The position numbers and the translations under genes were made by a program. From Catajapyx aquilonaris (lineage: Eukaryota), in assembly GCA_000934665.2 (NCBI GenBank), contig KZ538464.1, forward strand, positions 48,620 to 68,619: a stretch of DNA of 20,000 nucleotides, given 5' to 3'. Position 1 is the stretch's first letter. Every line of letters starts with the position of its first letter. Positions 1-8,662 of this stretch are shown in pieces. The notes under the pieces are model-generated. The model ran no database searches, was not told the DNA's origin, and was given only the letters and a program-made list of their open reading frames with translations.

Positions 1-654
1 TTTTAAATTTTGAAGGCCCATAAGGTTCCATTGTAAATCCCACTTTTGGGGCCTTCCATTGTGACTTATGATCATTACTCCACAACCACGACCAAACCAT
101 CATATTCTACGCGACTCAAAGTATCTTCTGAGATATGTAACTCATTTTTGACAAAAAGGGGACCTTGATCGTTCTTTCCCTGAGGTCTGCACATGATCTC
201 CTATCAATTTTGGCCGCTTTGTGTCCTTTAGCTTGGACAAATCTAATTACAGAGCAAACCTCACATTTGGCGGGAGCATCGATTATATTAGGGTTACAAA
301 AGATGGTGCCACGTTATGACAAGTCTCTCAATCAGGAAGGTGACTATGTTGAGAAGTAGCAGAAGGATGATTCTCACTTTTGTGAGTATAAAAATATTTT
401 TCATTACTCTTGTTTTTATTTCACAGCTTATGGGAACTCAATTTTAAGAATAGTCCTCGTACATGTGCATAAGTTATTATTGGTTATAAATTCCGTATTT
501 TTAAGTGGATAGTTTCTTTTTAGTAGAGCTAGGACTTACCCACGAAAAATAGTATATAAGCTGGAATTGTGTGGTTTAAAAATAGTAATTTTGTGAGCCT
601 GCGAGGGTATCAGTTCTTTGGACTATACTCATTTGGAGTTGTGTGTACTGGTAG

Positions 655-956
655 GCCATGTTCACCACATCATTGGCTGAAGCCAACCAAGACCAAGTAG
701 CACTGAATGGGGTGGATGGTCCTACTCTTCGGCTGCTCCTAGACTTTGCCTACACCAGTGAGGTAATCATCACTAAGCAAAACGTGCAGAGCCTTCTCTC
801 AGCCTCCAATTTATTGGAGGTGCTCTCTGTTCGTGATGCCTGCTGCCATTTCCTTGAGCAACATATGGACTCAAGTAACTGTGTGGGCATCCACTGCTTT
901 GCCGAAGCTCATGCCTGTTGCGAATTACAATACAAGGCCCGAGATTATGCTCTCAA
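655..956 (+). CDS. Kelch-like (BTB-BACK-Kelch, KLHL family) gene, first visible exon: C-terminal BTB domain and start of BACK; 5' partial
   Basis: Acceptor tag|GCC ATG at 653-654, donor AA|gtaatg at 957. Translation AMFTTSLAEANQDQVALNGVDG..LLDFAYTSEV..NVQSLLSASNLL..CCHFL..NCVGIHCFAEAHAC is typical of KLHL BTB/BACK. The N-terminal part of BTB is not in the window. Confidence 0.93.
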
Positions 957-1015
957 GTAATGAGAAGTGATGATTTGTGAAAGTAGCCAACTAGCTAATG
1001 ACACTCTTTTTTTAG

Positions 1016-1187
1016 GCATTTCTCTCGTGTAGTGGAGCAAGAAGAATTTTTGACCCTCCCAGCGAATAAGTTGATTGAGTTTATAAGCAGTGATGAGTTG
1101 CAAATCGATGAAGAGGAGTCAGTGTTTCAGGCTGCTTTACGATGGGTACATCATGCGTTAGAACAGCGTAAAGTGGATTTTTACAAG
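1016..1187 (+). CDS. Kelch-like gene exon: BACK domain
   Basis: Acceptor ctctttttttag|G after a 59-nt intron; phase 2 join gives K-HFSRVVEQEEFLTL...SSDELQIDEEESVFQAALRWV; donor AAG|gtaata at 1188. Confidence 0.95.
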
Positions 1188-1245
1188 GTAATATACATTT
1201 CTACATGCACTTTACAATGAGTCATTAAAACTGTTCTCTTTTTAG

Positions 1246-1443
1246 GTCCTGGAACATGTTCGTCTACCACTGCTAAGCCCATATTTCCTCCATGATCTGG
1301 TAGAAAGTCAGGTAGTTATCAGGCAGTCTCCAGAATGCCAGCGTTTGGTGGAGGAAGCTCGTCTCTTTCACCTCCTACCTGATAGACGAGCTGAACTGCA
1401 ATCACAACGAACGCGACATCGTCGAAATGCTGGAACCATGCAG
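1246..1443 (+). CDS. Kelch-like gene exon: end of BACK domain and linker (absent from the ORF track)
   Basis: Acceptor ttctctttttag|GTC after a 58-nt intron; VLEHVRLPLLSPYFLHDLVE...ECQRLVEEARLFHLLPDRR...RTRHRRNAGTMQ; donor CAG|gtttgt at 1444. Confidence 0.95.
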
Positions 1444-1489
1444 GTTTGTCACCTTCAGTTATGCAGGATGTAAGTGGGCATTCTGGAAG

Positions 1490-1710
1490 TGTCGCAACAG
1501 TGTAGTGCTGGATTAGTCATCCCTGGAGCTGGGTTTGAGTTCCAACATGGACAATGGACCATTAACCCTCTGTCTCCCGCTCGCTTCTGCATGTTTTGGG
1601 TGGGGGTATAAAAATAGCGCCCTGGGTGAAAATCACTGGATCTGGCACCATTGGTTTTACTCTCGATTCATGCACAAGATGTGGCTGAAACATGTGGCAT
1701 TAAATTCCTC
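1490..1710 (+). mobile_element. Possible degenerate tRNA-derived SINE
   Basis: Degenerate B-box-like GGGTTTGAGTTCC at about 1531-1543 and SINE-like length; no TSD seen. Confidence 0.25.
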
Positions 1711-1814
1711 GAAAAATGTAGCCCCCGATTAGCTAGTTTAAGGCGGTGTAGGGGCCTTCCCCTGGATTTCTATGAGGGACAAATATCCAAACTTATGTAT
1801 ATAGATTATGTATA

Positions 1815-2378
1815 CAGGGTGTTAATGAATTCAATCGACAAACTTGTAGGGGTGTAATAGAGGGGACCAAGACAAACATTTTTGACATAGGAAACCGTGT
1901 CCGGAAACGCCATCTAGAGGGGCTTCCTAGACGAGGAACGGGTGCGCTCAGACGCGTCACGCGAGAGGCGCTAGTCGAGCGGACTGTTTTGTTGATAGAT
2001 GGCGCGCAGGTGTTGCCAGGTTATGGCGTATCGTGTCGTTGTAAGTAAACAACAACGCGATACGCCATAGCCTGGCAACAACAGAACCGCTGTTGACTAT
2101 CCGCGCGTCTCCTAGGAGGCGGACTTTAGTTGCTAGATGACTCTGTTGTTGCCACATTATGGCACATCGCATCGTTGGTTACTATCCGAGCGCCATCTAT
2201 CAACAAAACAATCCGCTCACCTAGCGCCTCTCGCGTGACGCGTGTGAGCGCACCCGTTCCTCGTCTATGAAACCCCTCTGGATGGCGTTTCCGGACACGG
2301 TTTCCTATGTCAAAAATGTTTGTCTTGGTCCCCTCTATTACCCCTACAAGTTTGTTGATTGAATTCATTAACACCCTG
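1815..2378. mobile_element. Tc1/mariner-type foldback MITE, 564 bp
   Basis: TA|CAGGGTGTTAATGAATTCAATC...GATTGAATTCATTAACACCCTG|TA; inverted arms of about 190 bp with few mismatches; TA TSD. Confidence 0.92.
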
Positions 2379-2392
2379 TATAGATGTAACCA

Positions 2393-2540
2393 TAATGTAC
2401 GGAAAATGAGAGAACGATCTGACGTCATCACAGTTTCCATGGAAATATTCTCACAGAACAATATGAGTAAACAGTGTCAACAAAAAGCAACAATGTAAGA
2501 AACGATGACGTCAGATCGTTCACTAATTTTCCGTACATTA
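2393..2540. mobile_element. Small inverted-repeat element (MITE-like), 37-bp arms each containing TGACGTCA
   Basis: 2393-2429 matches the reverse complement of 2504-2540 at 35/37; true termini and TSD are unclear. Confidence 0.7.
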
Positions 2541-2617
2541 GTAACAATTTTATAGTCACGTTAAAAATTTAAATTGGAATTTCAAACAATATTTTAAAAT
2601 CGATGATTTCTTAAATT

Positions 2618-2868
2618 GATGGGTTGAGTGCACGAATGGACTAAGCGCCGAGAGGTGCGAATGGAGATAATTAGACCTAAAGTTACAAATCCCCTATATG
2701 TCCGTAATGTAAATAGTCAGCGTGCTAATTAAATTTAGACAGGAAGGAGTTGAGTTATCATATTGAAAATTAGTGCATAAAATGGAAGATTTTTTCCTAC
2801 GTTTGAAACTGCTGTTCACTCAAAATCGATGATTTTGGCGGTTAGGCCATTCGTGCACACAACCCCTC
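2618..2868. mobile_element. MITE with 4-bp AATT TSD (Sola-like, inferred), 251 bp
   Basis: AATT|GATGGGTTGAGTGCACGAATGGACTAAGCGCC...GGCGGTTAGGCCATTCGTGCACACAACCCCTC|AATT; 28/32 TIR identity. Confidence 0.8.
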
Positions 2869-3563
2869 AATTATTCCTCTGGAAAGAGTTCCGACGTGAA
2901 TTTTTTTCCTGAACACGGCGATCACTGTTACTTACCTTAATTCTATACAGACATTTTCACGTTAACATGTACAAAATTGACTCCTACGTATTTGCAAAAT
3001 TTTAGTTAAAAGAGAACATTTCCTCACATTTTTTCTATTGAAATAGCCTTTGCCAGGTGACTTAATGAAGGAGTTCCCAGCAGCATGTGATTTCCTTTTC
3101 ATTGTAAATTATGCCTCTCACGTCCTTAGACAATTCCACATATTTTGTCACCATTTCTGTAGGAAAATCAAATGTCGATATACAGGCTCACATGAGGGTG
3201 CAACAGTTGGCAAAACAGTTTTGCCTCTCAGGGGATTTGGCTCTTCAGGTTTAGGCTGTCAGATATGTGACCCTTCATTATTATATGCCCACTTCCATGA
3301 AATGAATGCTTCGATAACACTTGGCCGATTACGTATGAACCAGAATTTTATTCCGAAGAGTAAACAATCTGACTTCTCCCTAATTGCCGCAGACGGGTAG
3401 GTGGAGAAGGTTCAACAAGAGGAGACCCAAACTGCCTGGCTAGTCATAAAGCCTATGGGAAATTGTGGCTAAGATTTTAAATAATTCATAATCAACCATA
3501 ATCATTAAAATGTGGTGCATCCACACTACATACCAGGGTCATTACCCTGGGTTATGTAATGTT

Positions 3564-3800
3564 TAGAGAACGGATTTCTAGGATTTTACCTACTTTTTCT
3601 TTTGTAGGCAGAACACCGGAACGAAAATATATATCCGTTTCATAACACAAGGACCTCAAAAATCGTAGTTTTATAGAACGTAAAAATGCCTATTTCGGGT
3701 GTTCGGACTAGAGATGGGACTATCGATGTATCGATGGTTTACATGTGAACTATCGATATATATCGCCACTTCCCTATATCGATAGATCGGATATCGATGG
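3564..3800. mobile_element. Two abutting orphan DNA-transposon ends (TAGAGAACGGATTT... at 3564; hAT-like TAGAGATGGG... at 3709 with ATCGAT subterminal repeats)
   Basis: 3564-3582 matches 19519-19537 at 17/19; five ATCGAT copies at 3722, 3730, 3752, 3778, 3793; no partner TIRs found. Confidence 0.5.
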
Positions 3801-3930
3801 CTCAAAATTAGATATTTCGGCAACATATTGTAATAAAAAACTGGTAGGCTACTACTACTACTACTGACTAAATAATTACATATAATTTAATAAGCTAGAA
3901 ATAATTGAGTTTTTTCTTTTACAATCTAAT

Positions 3931-4159
3931 CCTGTCTCATATGTGCATTATGCATATGTGAAGTTTTTGCAAGTTTAGTTTTACCATTGTAAATAATGGA
4001 ACTAAGAGAAATGTTGATTTACCACCTGACTAAGAGCATCTCTTTCTCCAGTGAAACTAACAATGTAGCATCACTTTACTTTCATTATTTGTGACTGGAG
4101 AAATAAGTGCATAAAACTGACAAAAACTTCACATTTGCATAATGCACTTATGAAACAGG
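3931..4159. mobile_element. MITE with ~46-bp TIRs, 229 bp
   Basis: CCTGTCTCATATGTGCATTATGCATATGTGAAGTTTTTG versus right-end reverse complement CCTGTTTCATAAGTGCATTATGCAAATGTGAAGTTTTTG; flanks TAAT/TTAT may be a degenerate 4-bp TSD. Confidence 0.8.
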
Positions 4160-4191
4160 TTATTGCGTTATTCTATAATGTCAATAATTAT

Positions 4192-4325
4192 CAATGGTGG
4201 GCACAGCTAACCGAAAAATCAGCTTCTCTAACAGCTGATCAGCTAACTATAAAAAATTGGATTTGCTAAATAGCTAATGCTAAATGGCTAGAAAATTAGT
4301 TAAAGCTAATGCTAACAGCTAACTT
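4192..4325 (+). mobile_element. Truncated hAT-like left end with (A)GCTAA(C) subterminal repeats
   Basis: CAATGGTGGGCACAGCTAAC followed by many GCTAA motifs; no matching right end seen. Confidence 0.45.
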
Positions 4326-4540
4326 CCTTTTTTTTGCTCTATGACCCTTAAAAACCAGACCTAAGCTGATAAAGCCTAGAGAGCATTGTTATACATACGC
4401 CTTATTTAGTTATTTACTGTTCCGTACAAAAAGTAATAAACAAATCCAAAGAGGTAAAAAGTTTATGTGTCTCAGAAGAAAGCTACAAAGACAGGCAAGG
4501 CAAAATAATTTATATTAAAAAACTGGTAGCTATAATATAT

Positions 4541-4631
4541 GAAGGGCTCGGGAGTAAACAATGGTAAGGGATATGTAAAACCCATAGCCTACCCTTACCC
4601 ACCCTTACCATTGTTTACTCCCGAACCCTTC
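4541..4631. mobile_element. Tiny MITE (91 bp) with ATAT TSD
   Basis: ATAT|GAAGGGCTCGGGAGTAAACAATGGTAAGGG...CCCTTACCATTGTTTACTCCCGAACCCTTC|ATAT; 29/30 TIR identity. Confidence 0.85.
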
Positions 4632-5548
4632 ATATAATCCGCACTTTAAAAAGGAACAGACAGCGAGACAGGAATCGCAGAATGTTAAACTTTATTAGCC
4701 CCAAAGCCTCCCACCGATCTTCTTCAGGTAAACTCCTCTCATTACTGCCACACGTGAAAATCACTGAAATAATAGGAAAAAACAGTGGCATAATCTCTCC
4801 TCGTCAAGTCCCCCTTTTTCATTCATTGGGTCATTGCTCAAGAACAAATGCAGATTTAAAAACTGCAACTCGTATTTACTATCTTCATTAATGTGGTTAT
4901 CAAAATATTAACTTACCTGGTAACGAAAAGCAACCTCCCACTCACGGCAACCAACACTATGCCACCAAGTGCAAAACATCAAAATTTCAACAATAATAAT
5001 TTATTTTACGGGCCTTACAGCAACAAATCGCGAATTATCTTCGTGATTATCAACCTTGTACATTTATCAATGTAATGGAATATGCCTCATTTCGCTAGTT
5101 TACGCCCGCTGCCAGTAGGGAGCATTGTTGTCCCAAAAAACGCGCTGGCATAATTTCTCCTCGCATTGCACAATCTCCCGCCGTTTGACGGTGGACGGTG
5201 GTTTGGACAAGGGCCACATACTGAAATAATTCACTGAAAAAAGGCTGATTCCCCCCCNAAATTTCGTGAATGGCCCCCGCCCACCAGTGTTGCGCAATCG
5301 GGCTGAAATTTTATATTTCACATCAACAACCATGATTTTTTTTCAGCAAAATCGGAGATGGTCAAGCAACACTTTGACTCAGTTGAGCTGGAATGACCCC
5401 TGGGTAATACCTCAAATAGAGGTCTGCACTACCCAAATTATTTATTATAATAATTAATAATTCATACCACGTTATCAGCCGGCGGCTCTTTAGGGGGGAT
5501 TTTTTTGACTGGAACTCTTCGTTTCGTTTTTACTGCGCTTTTTGAGAA

Positions 5549-5606
5549 AGGATAGGAAAGGAAGGAGGCGGCTGTGGCCTATTAGTTTAGGAAACAACTC
5601 CGGAAA

Positions 5607-5610
<4 letters not shown>
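5549..5610 (-). mobile_element. Truncated SINE fragment related to the SINE at 15150-15382
   Basis: 5549-5584 matches 15204-15239 at 33/36, continuing to ..CCGGAAATTAT / ..CCGGAATTAT; no tRNA-like head. Confidence 0.7.
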
Positions 5611-5648
<38 letters not shown>

Positions 5649-5670
5649 GTTGTTGTTGTTGTTATTATTA
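5606..5670. repeat. Compound microsatellite (ATT)n(GTT)n(ATT)n
   Basis: Directly visible; ends about 30 nt before the acceptor at 5698-5699. Confidence 0.95.
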
Positions 5671-5699
5671 ATACAGTTGGCTTTCTTCCTTTCATACAG

Positions 5700-5812
5700 G
5701 TCATTGTAGCTGTTGGTGGCGAGGATGACAAGGTTGTGCTTCGATCGGTAGAGTGCTGCGACCCGATTACGATGCACTGGCGTACCCTGGCCTGCTTACC
5801 ATTTGCAGTCAG
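5700..5812 (+). CDS. Kelch-like gene exon: kelch repeat 1 (absent from the ORF track)
   Basis: Acceptor ctttcttcctttcatacag|GTC; VIVAVGGEDDKVVLRSVECCDPITMHWRTLACLPFAV(S) with the GG..W kelch signature; donor AG|gtgagt; phases fit both neighbours. Confidence 0.93.
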
Positions 5813-6258
5813 GTGAGTTGAGTCTTTTGCAACTAATACAAAAATTGGCACATGTAAGTTTGTGAAGAGAGGAGATGACATGGAAGATGCAAAAGATGTT
5901 AGGTGTAAATAGTCCTTGATGGTGTCAAATAGAGAATTGAAAACTCGAATTGCAAAAGACAGGATCTCTTCCAGCACTGTTTTTGCTGAGTATCATGACA
6001 ATAAATTTATCAGTGGAAGTTGGTTCTAATAATAAAAGTGAAATTGTTTTCTCTTTCTTCCCTTACTCGTGAAACTAGGCTTTAAAGTAATGCAACATTT
6101 TTTTTTGCATTTCACATGGTCACATGAAGCCCATGTGTATTCTAGCTCATATGTAACTACCTGCTACAGCACTGCATTATTCAAATAATCTTGGTAATCC
6201 TAATACTAATAATCACATTTAAAAAACAGGATAGGCCAACTGGGTGGTACTTTGAGAG

Positions 6259-6343
6259 GTACTATCGGTGCGGAAATGGTATGGACACTTGTCAGTGGTC
6301 AGCTTACCCCCTAGTGTCCGTACCATTTCTGTGCAGATAGTAC
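6259..6343. mobile_element. 85-bp hairpin, probably a minimal TA-flanked Tc1-like MITE
   Basis: Arms 6259-6289 and 6313-6343, 26/31 Watson-Crick, 23-nt loop; GTA|CTATC...GATAG|TAC. Confidence 0.65.
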
Positions 6344-6518
6344 ATGTAGTTGTTGTTGGAGCTGTTTTGTTTGGTGGTAGAACAGGTACTATACTTCAAG
6401 TGTGGATATGGGGTGATTCCAAGTGAAGCTGAGACACCATGTGGTCTTTTGGTGTTTGTGCTAGATATTAGTCTTGTATTACTTTGCAGAGCCATAATAT
6501 CAGTAATTGCCTCAACAG

Positions 6519-6673
6519 CAAACATGGGTTGGTAACATCTGGCTGGAATACAGTGTACATGGCTGGTGGGGAATTTCCTGATGGGAGTGCCTCACGATTT
6601 GTGTGGCGCTTTGACCCCGTACTAGATGTGTGGCAAGAAATGACACCCATGCAAGTTCCACGCTCTGAATTAG
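6519..6673 (+). CDS. Kelch-like gene exon: kelch repeat 2
   Basis: Acceptor ctcaacag|C completes the AG|C Ser codon; KHGLVTSGWNTVYMAGGEFPDGSASRFVWRFDPVLDVWQEMTPMQVPRSEL; donor G|gtatga at 6674. Confidence 0.9.
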
Positions 6674-6733
6674 GTATGAAGTGCAGCCAAACAGTAAGGA
6701 TGGATCCAATTTATTGGGATGAGCATATTTCAG

Positions 6734-7057
6734 GTTTGGCTATGCTAGATGGCTATGTGTATGCTGTTGGAGGCTGGGAAGGGGCTTCTCGCCTGGACTC
6801 GGTGGAACGATACAATCCCCAAACTAATACCTGGCAGTTTGTTGCACCGATGAAGATGGCAGTTACCAGTCCGGCAGTTGTATCTCATGATGGGTTTTTG
6901 TATGTCATTGGTGGTGCTATTATGGAAGAGGGGGATGGAATTGAGCTTGTTATGAGATATGACCCTAGGAGCAATTCATGGTCAGATCTGGCCCCCATGC
7001 TTATACCTCGCAGTGGATCAGCTGCTTGTGTTCTGAATGGCTCCATATATGTTGTTG
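6734..7057 (+). CDS. Kelch-like gene exon: kelch repeats 3-5
   Basis: Acceptor atttcag|GT; GLAMLDGYVYAVGGWEGASRLDSVERYNP..W..FLYVIGG..RYDP..W..RSGSAACVLNGSIYVV; donor G|gtaagt at 7058. Confidence 0.93.
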
Positions 7058-7111
7058 GTAAGTAGCGAGTAAGAGGGATTAAATAGCTGATGTAACAAAT
7101 ACTCATTTCAG

Positions 7112-7380
7112 GTGGATGGCATGCCTCAACAGAGAATACAGACAAAGTGGAACGTTATAATGTGCAACAGGACGTGTGGGAATTTTGTTCTGCAATGCAT
7201 GAGAAGAGGTATCGCCCTGGAGTCGTCGTCATTGATGGGCACATTTTTGTGCTAGGAGGAGAAGAAGGGTGGGACAGGTACCATGATACCATTGAGCGTT
7301 ACGATGCTAGTCTGAATGTGTGGGAGGTGGTAGGTGAGATGCCTACATCAAGATCATCTCTTAGCTGTGTGTCACTTCAG
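7112..7380 (+). CDS. Kelch-like gene exon: kelch repeats 5-6 and propeller-closing strand
   Basis: Acceptor catttcag|GT after a 54-nt intron; GGWHASTENTDKVERYNV..W..RYRPGVVVIDGHIFVLGGEEG..IERYD..W..SRSSLSCVSLQ; donor CAG|gtatgt at 7381. Confidence 0.92.
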
Positions 7381-7951
7381 GTATGTTGTATTTTTAAATG
7401 CATTTCTAATATTACCATGTGACAAAAGTGAATGCTGTGTGTCTGTAAGGTTTCTTTAAAAAAATTCTGTCAAAAATCTATTTAGTCACATTATGGCACA
7501 GGTATTTAGTTACCACTACAAGGAAACATCACATCCTTAACCTTTTAGAACAATGGAACCAGGTTTTAAAAGCCACATGGAGCACTCATTGCCATACATT
7601 CCTTCTTATCTTCTTACTCCCTACGCTCTTAACCACCAGAAATTTTATGGAGGTGGCAAAAAAGTGAAGGTCACTCTGTGGAGGCCTGTGGACAATTCTC
7701 TTAAGTTGCTCTGCTTGAAATGTTGGAACAGGATGCATGAGATAGCCTTACTGCACATGGCATTACTCAAGTTTTGAGCAGTTCAAGTGGTGCTTCTTGG
7801 CACAGCTGTACCATGGTCTTGCAGGGCTATACTACACACACGCCTCCAAGCGAGCTTTTGTCTAGAATCAGAGGGTGGGTGTTTGCACATGCTAGGCAAT
7901 TCCGAGAGATGATTGGGTTGCTTTGTTTTGCAGGATTTACATGCATTAGAG

Positions 7952-8167
7952 CAGTGGTTCCCAACCTTTTTCGGGTTGCCACCCTCTTTTATGATAGTCA
8001 AGTAACCTGCGCGCACCCCCCCCNNNNNNNNNNCCCGCCCCCGAGTGTTAGTGGGTGTTGGAAAAACTATTTGGTACTTTATTAGTTATTTTTTAATTTA
8101 TAAAAATAACTGCGGCCATGCGCGACCCCCCTGGAAAAGGCTGCGACCCACAGGTTGGGAACCACTG
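7952..8167. mobile_element. hAT (Charlie/Buster-like) MITE with 8-bp TSD; contains a 10-N assembly gap at 8024-8033
   Basis: CATTAGAG|CAGTGGTTCCCAACCT...AGGTTGGGAACCACTG|CATTAGAG; 16-bp perfect TIR; TSD has the central TA typical of Buster/Charlie hATs. Confidence 0.93.
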
Positions 8168-8662
8168 CATTAGAGTATGGTTTGAGGGGCGTTTACAAAG
8201 CCATATTGGGTCCCTGCATCCTGAACATCCGTGCTTCCGGCCAGGCTGCATGTAACAAATGCTGGCTGTTCAGCCCCACTGTGTCCTGTCAGGTCATTGT
8301 GCCAGTCTGTGCATCTCCATGTATGACAAGTCATTCCTCTCCATGTACAGGGTGACCCAAAAGTCTGGATGCATATGTAATATGATTGTATTGTTGGTTG
8401 CTAGTTGTGGGGTCATTCCACGTCAATCCTGTAAATGGTGGTGGCTCGACCCCTTCCAATGTAACTGAAAAAAATCAGGTGGGTAGGAATCCACACCTTA
8501 TTGCAAAATTCTAAATTTGAGGCCACTGGAGTCAAATCTCATGGAGATATAACAATGGAAAGTTCAACAATGATGTCCACATAAAGTGTTTTTAACTGTT
8601 CAGACTGTCCTCCCAACACCAACACAGGACACAGTGCAGTGGTCCTGTCCATTTTAAAAATA

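Noticed and set aside
1651..2498. ORFs 1651-1857, 1957-2172, 2126-2461, 2307-2498 (shared peptide YRVLMNSI.KLVGV on opposite strands)
   Set aside because: Artefacts of the palindromic MITE; no transposase motifs.
3050..3400. 116-aa + strand ORF in the intron
   Set aside because: TTG start, no domain recognised, not needed in the kelch model.
3709..3800. ATCGAT cluster as a CRISPR-like or restriction-site array
   Set aside because: Irregular short spacing in eukaryotic DNA; fits transposon subterminal repeats. No CRISPR, operon or rRNA signal anywhere in the window.
5582..5977. 131-aa minus ORF with poly-Thr/poly-Ile
   Set aside because: Antisense to a kelch exon plus the translated microsatellite.
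6304..7145. Several short overlapping ORFs on both strands
   Set aside because: Shadow frames of kelch exons with no domain features.
8347..8380. TA|CAGGGTGACCC, plus similar single termini near 11743, 16295 and 17171
   Set aside because: Short terminus-like motifs without partner TIR or TSD; insufficient to call elements.
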